Positions 1 to 12,200 of a stretch of DNA of 64,000 bases are shown here, piece after piece (within the stretch, counting starts at the first letter, position 1; every line of letters starts with the position of its first letter). The stretch is taken from contig JAAILG010000303.1 in assembly GCA_012026655.1 (NCBI GenBank), positions 1 through 64,000 of the forward strand. Reading direction: 5' to 3'. Source of the DNA: Hydrolagus affinis (Eukaryota). The position numbers and the translations under genes are program-made. Below the pieces are notes generated by a model. The model was given only the letters and a program-made list of their open reading frames with translations, was not told the DNA's origin and made no database searches.

Positions 1-220
1 CCTCCGTCTCGTTTCTTCCCTTTCCTCTTTCAAGGCCGGTTTGAAGACTTTCCTCTTCGACCGTGCCTTTTGTTCCACCCCGAATTCTTCGACCTCCCCT
101 ACGTGTTTCACCCCTTCCCATACACTCCCCTCCCAGCTCGGGTCACACGCCTCCTGTGCAGCGCCTTGGGATGTCCTCCCGACGTGAAAGGCGCTTTATA
201 AGTGTAATTTGTTGTTATTA
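1..220 (+). mobile_element. 3' end of an L2-clade LINE
   Basis: Encodes FKAGLKTFLF (L2 ORF2 end); the tail GCGCCTTGGGATGTCCTCCCGACGTGAAAGGCGCTTTATAAGTGTAA plus a TTG/TTA-rich end recurs throughout the window. Confidence 0.75.
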
Positions 221-244
221 TTTCTGATACTTTGTGTTTTGCAG

Positions 245-3200
245 CAATTCTTCGAAAACAACACACTGCAGAGCTACAGCTTGGAGATTTCCTTGTTTTC
301 CTCCGTAGAGTTGTTTCTTCAAAAGCTATTCAATCCAAAATGGCATCTCCTAAATGGACTGAGGTGTTACTTAACATTGCTTCTCAAAAATATTTTTCAG
401 GTATACTCCAAATAATAAAAATCTTATCAATCGTTAAATCAGTATCAGAATAAATAAGCTTGTTAAATACAATGGAAATGCTTGTGTCAAAGTATTCGCA
501 GAGGAAATCCAAGGTACAAAAACAGTTTTTTTTAAAAAGAAAAGCTAGAGCCACTGCTTAAGAATCAGATAAATATGCCTGTGGGCTCAGGATTCTTTTT
601 GTACTTGTTTGACGAGGAATTATTCCAACCTAGTTATACAGAAAGTATTAATCTTCCTGACCCTATACATTGTCACAATCTGCATTTATTCATATAGGTG
701 TGCCTCTAGTTGGTAATCTCAGAACAAGGCTACTTGCCCTTCACGTTCTAGAAGCAGTGCTGCCTGCTTGTGAGTCAAGTGTTGAAGATGATCAAATGAT
801 GCAGGTACAAGAAACATCAGCATTGATTTAGCAAATGTTTGGTTTCTGCGACTTTATGTTCGCTTGTCTCACGGTGCTGAGAGAGCTAAATAAACTGCTA
901 AATAAATCCAATGGCTATAAATACCTCATTTCAATTTTAAGATGAAGTGATATTCTGCTGAGAAAATGGCTTCAGAAATGTGTCTTAATTGTATTGTGAA
1001 TAGATAATAAATCATTCAGTTTAACAAAAGTTAATATTACAACCAGTATTTTACCATTTTTATTCAGTTAAGAATTGTAGTTTGAATGAAAGGAGTGTAG
1101 ATTTGAACCTGTCATATTCTTTGAACCTATATTAACTGCTACCTGGATAACCTTCCCTATCTTTATTTTATTTGGACGTGTAGGTGGTGGAGCGGCTTTT
1201 TTTGCTCATATCTGATTGCATGTGGGAGGCACCTATAGCTCTGGCCAAACATGCTATTCAAGTGAAGGAGAAAGAACAAGAGATTAAATTACAGGTATAT
1301 AATTACCCAGACGTTCTTTGATTTAGGTCAAAAGTTCAGTACAATGCAGTTTCCATGAAATTTACTTCTGGCATTATGAAACGAAATTTCAAAATGAAAA
1401 TGCACCAGAAAATGAGCAGAACTAAAATGACTTAAATACAATAGAAATAGGGATGGAAAAGGATTTGGAAAATGCATTTGGCCAGCTGTAACGAGGCATT
1501 GAATAAGATTGTCCCTGTGTTTGGGCGTATCAGAGGGGCAACAAAAGCACCTGAGAATATGTTTTTTTTTACAAGGTGAAGTTGATAGAAACCCTCAAAA
1601 AGAATGCATCCAAATATTATGAAACCACGTGAGAGGATGGTAGAAATATTGTCACATTTGCTGGAGGATTTGTGCTGCTTATATTTATGCAGGTCATTTA
1701 CCCATACATATTTTGCTTGGTTTCAAATTACTTGCAGTTGACTCAAGGATAAGCTTTAGCATTAACCTGGATATACCTTGAATTACTTCAAATGTAGCTG
1801 TGAATAGAGAATTGAGTTTCCCATTTTGTCAAAATCTGTTTCAAACTGACTGGCCTGATCTAATTGTAGCGCATCTGTTGCATCTTTTATTATTTGTTAA
1901 TTATGACAGAAGCAAGGAGACTGTGAGGAAGAAGATGAAAATCTTCCTATTCAGGAAGTGTCCTTTGATCCTGAAAAAACGCAATGTTGTGCTGTTGAGA
2001 ACGGACAAGTTCTGACTCATGGTAGTGGAGGAAAAGGCTATGGATTAGCATCAACTGGCATTACTTCTGGATGCTACCAGTGGAAGGTATGCCGATTCAC
2101 AAAGTGTTTATAACATTTAAATATAAGAGCGCATCAAAAAGTTTTAAATTCTCTCCTTTTTTAAAATTCTTGTATTTAAACTTAAGTTGGATAAACAAAG
2201 TACATTTTAAAAAAAATCAGTTTCAAGAAGATTGAACTAATTGTTGAATTCTGTAACTAGTTTTACATAGTAAAGGAAAATCGAGGTAATGAGGGCACCT
2301 GTGTCGGAGTATCTCGTTGGCCTGTACATGACTTCAACCATCGCACCACTTCAGACATGTGGCTGTACAGAGCATACAGTGGTAATCTGTACCACAATAG
2401 TGAACAGCCACTGACCCTTTCCAGCTTCACTCAAGGAGATTATATAACTTGTGTGTTGGATATGGAAGCCAGGACAATCTCATTTGGGAAGAATGGCGAG
2501 GTAAATCAGTTCAATGTACTTGGTGTATAAACGTCCTGACGCTGCTAGGTGCTTTACAAATGTAATTTTTCTCTTGTGTATAAACTCCATATGACAGAAA
2601 AAACTTAATTTCGTATGCATATATTATACAAGAGCAAAACTTTCCATAAGGATACACACATTTGCGTGTGCTCTTTAAGGCATCTTCTCTAATTGGCCAT
2701 TGACATTTATAGCACATTTATAGCACTTTAGTACGGAGATTTAGTAATGTCCTGATAAAATCTGTATCTGCTTATTTCTGTTCAGGTAAATCAATCATTA
2801 ATAATGTATTTTCTGCTGCTTGTTTTACTTCTAGGAACCCAAACTAGCATTTGAAGATGTGGATGCAGCTGAACTATATCCGTGTGTAATGTTTTATAGT
2901 AGCAATCCTGGGGAAAAGGTAAGTTTTTTTTTCTCCAAAAAAACCCCTATGAAATGAAGGCTTATTTGAAACTTCCCTAGTTTTTTTTAAATAAAGAAAT
3001 TAAAGATGGGAGAAACCATATAAAAAGTTTGACCAGTAAGTAATAGCATTTGAGGAAATTTTGATTAGTTTTGAATTAGAATTATTTATACTGTTCTAAT
3101 TAACCTTTTTTTTCTTGTAGGTTAAAATCTGCGAAATGCAAATGCGTGGCACACCTCGGGATTTGCTGCCTGGTGATCCGATATGTAGCCCTGTGGCTAC

Positions 3201-6200
3201 TGTACTTGCAGAAGCCACTATCCAACTCATCCGTATTCTTCACCGTACAGACAAGTGGACATACTGTATCAACAAAAACATGATGGATCGTTTGCAGAAA
3301 ATCAAATCTTCCATAAAAGACAGTGGTCAGAAGTTGAAGAAGAGTCGTTCTGTGCAAAGCAGAGAGGAGCACGAAATGAAAGAAGAGAGCAAGGAGGAGG
3401 AAAAAGGCAAGCACATCAAGCATGGGTTGGCAGAGCTTGCTGAAATCCAGCTGAAGACCTTGTGCACTGAAGTTTGGCCTGTGCTGGCAGTAATTGGTGG
3501 TGTGGATACAGGACTAAGAGTTGGAGGGAGATGTGTACACAAACAGACTGGTCGCTATGCTACCCTTTTAGGTGTAGTTAAGGAAGGGAGCACATCTGCG
3601 AAAGTTCAGTGGGATGATGCAGAAATTACAATAAGGTAAGTACTGATTATGATTTATTTAGTATATAACTTAGCTTAATTATCTTTAAGAACAGAAGTGC
3701 TGAGGTCCGGTTCACTTATCTTCCAAGTGTTTAAATCTCCTAGTTAAAAATTCTTAATATTAGAGATTTAGGTTAAGTTGAAGGTGTGTTGTGCAGTGCA
3801 AGGTCAAATGCTACATTATTGTCCACGCACCCTTGTAAAGCCAGTATTCTCTAACAATATTTGTCTAAAAAAGTTATTAGGATTCTTTGTGAGAATGTTT
3901 TGAATAGGCTACACTAGTATCAAAGGACAACATTTTAAAATTTGCTCTTTATTTGTTCATTTTATGTTTGAGTTGAACAATAATTGGTTTGCCACTTGCC
4001 ACTTGAGGTGTAAATGTGATATCGTTTATGAAGGGGACAAATATGTTTATTTGAACAATTATTTGCACAAGTGTATGAAAAAGCAATTTGTCTCATACAC
4101 TTGCTGATTTTAAAATTCAGATCTTGAGATCAAATGTGGCAGCACTCCAGGTGCAGACAGTTCCTCCTGTGTGCTTCCTCTCAGATTGAATGTTTTTTTA
4201 AAACAATTTGTGAGGTGGGAGGGCAATTTTAGAGATTGATTATTGAAAAAGCATAATTAATATTGGTTACTATCTTTTTGGATTTACCTGCCGATTCAGA
4301 AAGCACAATTGCAAAGACGTTTTCATATACAGCGCAGCCCATTTATAAAGGGGTCTCCTGGGGCCAATATCTCAGAGGCTGCGATATAAGTTTACTTTAA
4401 AGACTGACTTGTAGATCGTCAGTTGCTGACATCACCTCCTGCACATTGACTGTTGATATGCAAAAAAAAATGCAGTGTGCCCTCAGAAATGTTCCTGCGT
4501 ACGGAGTGCATGCTCAGCACACAGGAAATTTGTTAATGGTGCAACTTGCAGCTAACGCTCTTACACGCAATGTGCTGGAAGTGATCTTAGCTGCAGTCTG
4601 ACAACCAGGCTGTCAAAATCAATTTGTAGCATAGGAAGCCAGCAAGTCAGTATTGGAAGTCAGTTAAGACAGGTCCACAAGGTGTTATCTATGAACCTGG
4701 GCTAAAACTGGAGGGAGGAGTGGGGTCGTATTATAATGGGGATGCCCATATTTCATTTTCCGTTTCCACTTTTGTAATTTTTTTTTAAAATGAGCGTTTT
4801 GAATGCTCTGATTGCAAACTGCCTAACAATTTGACACTTGTCGCGTCTATGTTTTCCTGTTCTCTTATCATTTTTAAGATTCTACCAACTGTTTGATAGA
4901 TGTTGCTAAACTTTCATTATGTTTTTCCCTCTTTGACAAGTGAATTCCATTTGTTATTCATTTCCTCACTAATCTGTTAATTCATGAAAGTCATAGCTTT
5001 CTGCATTCATATACCCATTCCTGTGTAACAGCATAGTCTTCTGTACATTCCTCCTGTCTATCCCTCACTTGCTTTTCCCTGTGTCATTCTGATCCGTATT
5101 AAAGCTTCCCAACTTCTTGGTCGCCTAGTGACACACCACTGTACAACTTGGAGCCGTGTGAGCCACTCCCTTTTGATGTGTCAAGATTTCGTGGGTTAAC
5201 AGCTTCCCTACTACTGGATCTGACCTACCTGAGTGGCATTCATGAGGATGGAGGAAAACAAAGCACAAGAAGGCACGAGAAGAAGTACAGACTTGAATCT
5301 GATGAGAAAGCAGACAGCGATCAGAAAACCGAGGCAGATCCCACAAAAGAGAACCTTGATCAGCGCATCTTAACACAGCCACCTGAAGAGGTTAAAGCTT
5401 TTATCCCAAGCGGTGCCCCTACCTCTCGATCTGAAAGTGAAATTTCAACTTTTACGATGGATTCCGTGCATCTCAATTCAGATTCTCAGCACCATATACT
5501 GGAGGGAAAACGGAAAATGCATGAACATGTATTTAAAAATCATGACTTGGTGCAGTCTGAAATTAGAGCAGTGCAATTATCTTATCTATACCTTGGTGCA
5601 ATGAAAACCATTGGTGCTCTGCTTAGCTGCAGTAAGTATGCAGAACTGTTGCTAATCCCAAAGGGCCTTGCTGAAAACAGTCACAATTCGGACTATGCTG
5701 GACCTCCAGTGCTACAAGAAGATGTGGAATTGAGAGCCGCGCTCCAATTTCTGATGCGCCACATGGTGAAACGGGCTGTCATGCGGTCCCCAATTAAGAG
5801 AGCTTTGGGACTGACCGAATTGGAGCGAGCACAAGCCATGATTTACAAACTGATAGTGAACTCGTTGCTGGACGATCAATTTGGCAGCAAAGCAAAACCA
5901 GGTATGTGCATTTCTGACTCTTAATCTTTACTGAATATAGAAGACAAATATTGTTTATCTAAAGGTTTAGAATAATGCTCATTTAATCACAATTTAATTC
6001 TATTATGTTAGTTCTGCATTGAATTAATATTAACTGATAAATGTACTTTGAAGAAGAGATCATTAATGCAGTGAGTAATGCCGTACAATTTAGGTTATTG
6101 TGGGTAGGTTTTCAGATTAAGTAGATAATCTTTTATCTTTTTCATTATTCTTCCTATTAATTAATCTTTTTTGGTCTCTCTTGTCCACAAAATGTTTTCT

Positions 6201-9200
6201 GTCTGAGCGGAAAGGCTGACAACCTGTTGTCAGAATTATGGTGCTTTTTAATTTAATCTAAAAGAAGAAAATCGGTTTGGGTATTTTTATGTGTGAGTCT
6301 TCACCTTTTTGCGATAGTCTGTTTTTCTCTTTCAGGTGTTGCTTACCTTGCTGTGTATTTGCAGCATTTGTAATTTTTCATTTTATGCATATCAATGAAA
6401 ACTTGTTAATTCATTGCGCACATAGATTGGGTTTTATATTGTATGGTAAATAGAAACTTGTATAGTCATTTCTGTTTTTTACAATGGTGAATTTAAACAA
6501 TGCTTACAAATTTTGTATAGTACTTGTAATGAATATCTCCCAATACCTCACATCCCTAAGTTGAATGTGAGTTGCATGAAGAAAAAATATTTCGTGGGGC
6601 AATTTCATGATAATATTGAGAAAGCACGGGAAGAGCTCATTCTTTTGGTTCAGTACACTATTCAGTTTATTGTAAAACTATTCAATTTAATCCTGTGTGC
6701 TTTCAATTGGTTGACGATACTGAGCTGTTTGTTTTACAATCTGTTTTACTTGCACAGGATATGGGTGCTATATCATAGCTGTCAAATGCTTTTTCTTATG
6801 AAACCTGTTGTGGTTTACTAATTCATTAAATTACTGGTAGATATCATGCATCAATCTGAGGAAGTGGATATAGCTATGCAAGCCCAAACACCTGTCACTA
6901 CCAGCCCGTCTGCTTCGAGCACCACGTCGTTCATGAGTAGCTCCCTGGAAGACACCACTACCGCTACTACCCCGGTCACTGACACTGAGACTGTGCCTGC
7001 CTCAGAATCACCAGGCGTAATGCCACTCAGCCTTCTACGGTATGTAAAATGTTGTCACATTCATTCGCTGTGTGAGTGAAAAGTCTACGTGAACCTATTA
7101 AAATTAAGCTAATTATTTATGCAAATATGTAAATGAAAGGAAGGGCATTTATAAATGCCAAAGAAAATAATAACAACAAAATTACACTTGAATTTTGGGA
7201 GTACGTCACGTCGGGAGTACGTCCCAAGGTGCTAGACAGTCAATGTTTCAGATCCGAGCTGGGATCAGGATCGGGGAGGGTGGAGGGAAAGGAGGGGATT
7301 TGGGGTAACTGATAGGCCAGTCAAAAAGGAGAGTTTTGAGGTAGGATGTGAAGAAGGCCAGGGAGGAGTCGAGGTGGAGGATCTGTGGGGTGGAATTCCA
7401 GAGGTTGGGGGCAGAGTGGCTGAAGGCATGCCAGCCGATGGTGGGACGGGTGGGTTGGGGGACATGGAGCAGACTGGAGCCCATTGAGCAGAGGGAGAGG
7501 GCAGGTTGGTAGGGCGTTAGGAGGTCGCAGAGTTAGGATGGGATAAGACCATGGAAGGCTTTAACAGTGAGGACAGGATCTTGAATTGAATCCTCTAGGT
7601 GATGGGGAACCAATGGAGTCGGGCGAGTATTGGAAAGATGGGCTCACGGGAGCTTCGTGCGGCAGAGTTCTGGATGATTTGCAGCCTATGGAGGGAGGAG
7701 TTGGGAAGGCAGGCATCACGTTGTGATGCAATAATCTTTGCTTCGTAATAATAAATCAAAAATAATGACTCCTTATGAACAACAACAACAAATATAATGC
7801 CCTTTGTGTAGGATAACTTCTTAAGAGTACACAGGGCAATTGACTTAAATGTAGGAGGAAAAATCTTGGTTTAGTTGATTTAATTGGTAATTCAAGTATC
7901 TATAACTGGAGGAAAAAGAAGATGACTTTTGCGTTGTTTCCGTCAGCCAAATGTTCTCCAGTTATCCAACCACGACAGTGCTTCCCACACGCCGGGCACA
8001 AACCCCACCTGTTGCATCCCTTCCCACATCACCTTCCGAAGAGGTGGGTAGAAGACAGAGTCTTACCTCTCCTGAATCCCAACCAACCCGGCCAACAAAT
8101 CGCACAGGTATTTAACGAATGTTGAATAAGTACAACATTTTTATTTTAGCAATTTCAGTTTGCCACGTCAATGTGATGTTGCTATATACAAGATTATCAG
8201 AAGATTATTTTGTTCAAAGTTAGTCAACTTAAAAATGTGGCAAAACTCCCTTGAAAGTGTCTTGACTGTTTCTAATGTTAAATTTGGAATGCTGAATCAT
8301 ACAAACTGTGCTCTTAAAATGTAGCAAACTAAAATGTGCATAAATTTACTGTTTTCAAGCTTCTTCAGATCCAAGCAGCAGACTTTCCACTTCACCCCCA
8401 CCACCACCTATTGCTGTTCCTCTATTAGAGATGGGATTTTCACTCAGACAGATTACAAAGGCCATGGAAGCCACAGGTAATCAAATCTATTTGTAAAGGA
8501 ATACAAACCTGTGTTTTGAAAAGCAGCTGTATAATGTACGTGTCTTTGATTTGGTATAGGTGATTCCCTTGTTATAATATTATGCAAGTAGTTTCCAAAT
8601 ATGTGTCATCTTAGTCCAATAATTATTTCAAGAAATTGTACTAGTTGAATCGTATTTTTAAATTAGTATGTTAGGGTTTCCTTTCAAATCACTTGCTCTG
8701 TAAAAAGATGAAATAATTTCCTATAAGATAACAAAGATCTGCCTTTTCAACATGCCTTATCAACCGTTCCTTAACAGAGCCGAAACCGTTTTATGGTGTG
8801 TTTTCACATACTTTGCAGAGTTTGACTAACATTGGGCCAATAGAATATTCTGCTGTATAATGAAATCCTGCTATGTACTGAAAGTTGTAATAAGGTTTTA
8901 CGATATGTACATAATAATAATAATCCTTGAATTTGATAATAACGCTTTATGACATCTTTGAGATAAACAGTCCCATAAACAGTCGTGGATTGAGCAACCA
9001 AATTATTACTATTTTTTATTAAGTAAAGAAAAAAACAACAAATTGTGTGGACAGAAGGAATATGTATTAAAACCTGACCACAGTGGCAGAAAAACAATAG
9101 TTAAGTTCCTCTAGTATGCCAGCACAAAATGACCAAATAGACCAAAACGTCAGCAAAACTTTACTTCTTTTCTTTGAAAATGTGGAGAAGAGGGAGTGAA

Positions 9201-12200
9201 AAGGAATTGCATTATGAATTTACTTTCTATATTTAGTTTTTTTTCTTTATAAACTGTGTTAGGTGCCAGAGGAGAAGCAGATGCCCAGAACATCACAGTG
9301 TTGGCCATGTGGATGGTAGAGCATCCATGTGTAGAGGAAGATGATGAGCCGCAGTCCTCGGTTAATACAGATTCCTGTTCTGGGGCAACAGCCTCAAGCA
9401 ACGGAGGGAAATGCAGAGAAATGACCTACCTACAGGCACCTGGCGAAATACCTGCTGCTGATGCCACAGAATTAGAGGAAGGTTTCAGTGAGAGGTACAT
9501 CAGTGATCAGAATCCTTCCATCAGAATTATCCATCTTTGATTATTTCTTTTAACGATTTAATTAATTTTTTTTTCTCTTTTGCAGCCCCGATGGATTGGA
9601 TCAAGGAGAGGGTGAATCAACCATGAACACGCCTCCTTCAAGAAGCAGATCAACCGTCACGAAGAGACAAAAGTTTGAACTGGCAGCTCGGACATTGCTG
9701 GCACGTGCAGGTGATTCCAATGTTTTTAACAATGTGCTTCTGGTTTAGATCACTGAACATAGATATTTCTATCTGCGATTAGATTTATATCTCTTGCTAA
9801 TATTTTAACTGCATTGATTTAAAATTTGCAAGGATTGTAGTGCGAAGTAGTAAAATAAGTTAATGTATTTTAAAAAATGTATTATGCAACTAGCAATAAC
9901 ATTTAACAACTAGCAAAGCTTAATGCAAATTATGTTTTTTTTTACTGACCACCGTATAAATGTTTTTGTGAAGGCCCTAAAAAGCACCATTGAAAGATCA
10001 CCGTAGAAACTATTTTTATAAGTGAATGCTTCTGAATAACTGAAGCTAATAAATAAGGGTGCATCTCAATGATTGTATAAGAATTCCATTTGTATCCAAT
10101 AATATACAAACATTTAGAAATTAAGTACATTTTTCACACTTATTGCAGCAGGACTGTACCGTTCAGTTCAAGCACATAGAAATCAAAGTCGGCTGGACGG
10201 AATATCCATGCAACAGGACTCCAGTGCCCTCCATGACTTCAACCTTGATGAAGAGCTGGAGATTGATCTGGATGATGAGGCAATGGAAGCCATGTTTGGT
10301 CAGGATTTTACAAGTGATAGCGATATATTGGGAATGTGGATTCCAGAGGTACTGGACTGGCCAACATGGGTGTGTGGCTGCAGCTTGTACTGCTTTTTGC
10401 TTATTTACTAAATCGCTTTCGCTACGGTTTTAAAACTATAGTTCACTTTATTAAACACGTTGGTTATTGAAATGGTGACTATCAAAGCTTTTTGTTTATG
10501 TGCAAATTAACTCTTGGCACAAGCAAGCTGATGTGTCTGTGTGTGTGTATATTAATAACGCATTAAACATCTTGACCTCTCTTCTGTAATACCTAAATGT
10601 TACAAAGAGAAATGTGAGTGAAGTAAACATCTCCATTTAGATAATGTGATGATATTTTAAAGTTTTGAAATTTGCTTGGTGCTACATATGCTCAATACTC
10701 TGCCATAATATTATAACCTGGCAGTCACGAACCTACCAAACTTATTATAATAGTAATGCTTGCATTTGATATAGCACCTTATCACATCTTCAAGACGTCT
10801 CTTAAGCGCTTCACAGAATATATTGTAAGGTGAATGGACTGTACATTTTGTGGGCAAAACGTCCGATAACTAACCAAGTACTGAGATCAAAGTTGGTAAA
10901 TTTGCGTACTGGAAATCACTCCTGTTTTATTGAAAAATTAGAATATTGGATTAGAACCAATATTTTGATGTTGTTGGTTTTGTATTCATGTCCTATCTTC
11001 TGCACTGTGGCTAATCTTTTTTTCTCTCTCTCTCTCTGCAGCATGTATGTGAGTCTGATGAAAGGGAAGAAGTGATCATCTGTGAACTGTGTGATGTAAG
11101 TGTTGCTCAATTTAATCAGCACATGAAGAGAAGTCACCCAGGCTGTGGGCGAAGTGCCAACCGACAGGGTTACCGCAGCAATGGATCCTATGTTGATGGG
11201 TGGTTTGGAGGCGAATGTGGAAGTGGAAATCCATACTATCTGTTATGTAGCAGCTGCAGAGACAAATACCTGTCTGGGAAGAGCAAGACAAAGGTGCCTG
11301 TCTCAGAAAGGTGAGCTGATATTTGTAGAAATGAGTATTGCTACAGATGGTGGTGTAAACAATCTTTCAAAAATAGTAAGCTAGTAAATTACAACCCTAA
11401 CTTAGTTAAAATATCATGAATTTCACGCCTTTTATGTACTTTGTTGTATTTATAAATTTATTTTTTTAAAAAGGCTTCGATAACATTTTAAAAATTCAAT
11501 TTGAAAATATTCTTAAAAACAAAATTTATCATGTTCAACATCCAAGGTGGTCTTTTATTTTAAAAAAATTATATATTTTTCTCTACAGGTATAAAGGCCA
11601 GGCTCCAGATTTGATAGGAAAGCAGGAGAGTGTATATGAAGGTATGCATATCCTGTAGGGCTGAATGTTTCTAATTTTCATCACATTTTAAATAATTTTA
11701 ATACTTGACGAGAAACAAATGTATTTTACAATAAAAAATAATAAAACTATGGGTGAATAGTTTAAAGTTTTTTTTAAAAGGAAAATTATTTCTGATTTGT
11801 GTTTTCCCCCCACGGTTGGGTGACCATTTAGCTTTACTAGAAACCTCTTAAGATGTGATGAAGATCAATAACTCTATTGCAGGAAAATTTAATTAACTCA
11901 AGGGAAAGAAAGTCTTGGTGTAGTATCTTCTGTTCAAAGTACTTCCCCATCCCCACAAAAATATCTTCCTAAAAACTATACAATGACAAAACCAATTACA
12001 TTTGTCATGCCAAATGTAATTGGTTTTGTCGTTGTATAGTTTCAAATGCGTTGCCTTGTGACCCCATCATTTTGCGTCTCATCTGCCCCCTTCAGCCATT
12101 CTGATGTAGTATGTTGTGAGGATGTGTGTTCAGGCAGTTCTGTACCCTTAGAATGTGCCAGTCCTACAAACTAACCTCAGTTAGTGCAGAAAGTACTCCT

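Noticed and set aside
6320-6340. Strong-looking acceptor TTTTTCTCTTTCAG in a HERC1 intron
   Set aside because: I found no convincing matching donor or coding frame, and the flanking exons already join in frame.
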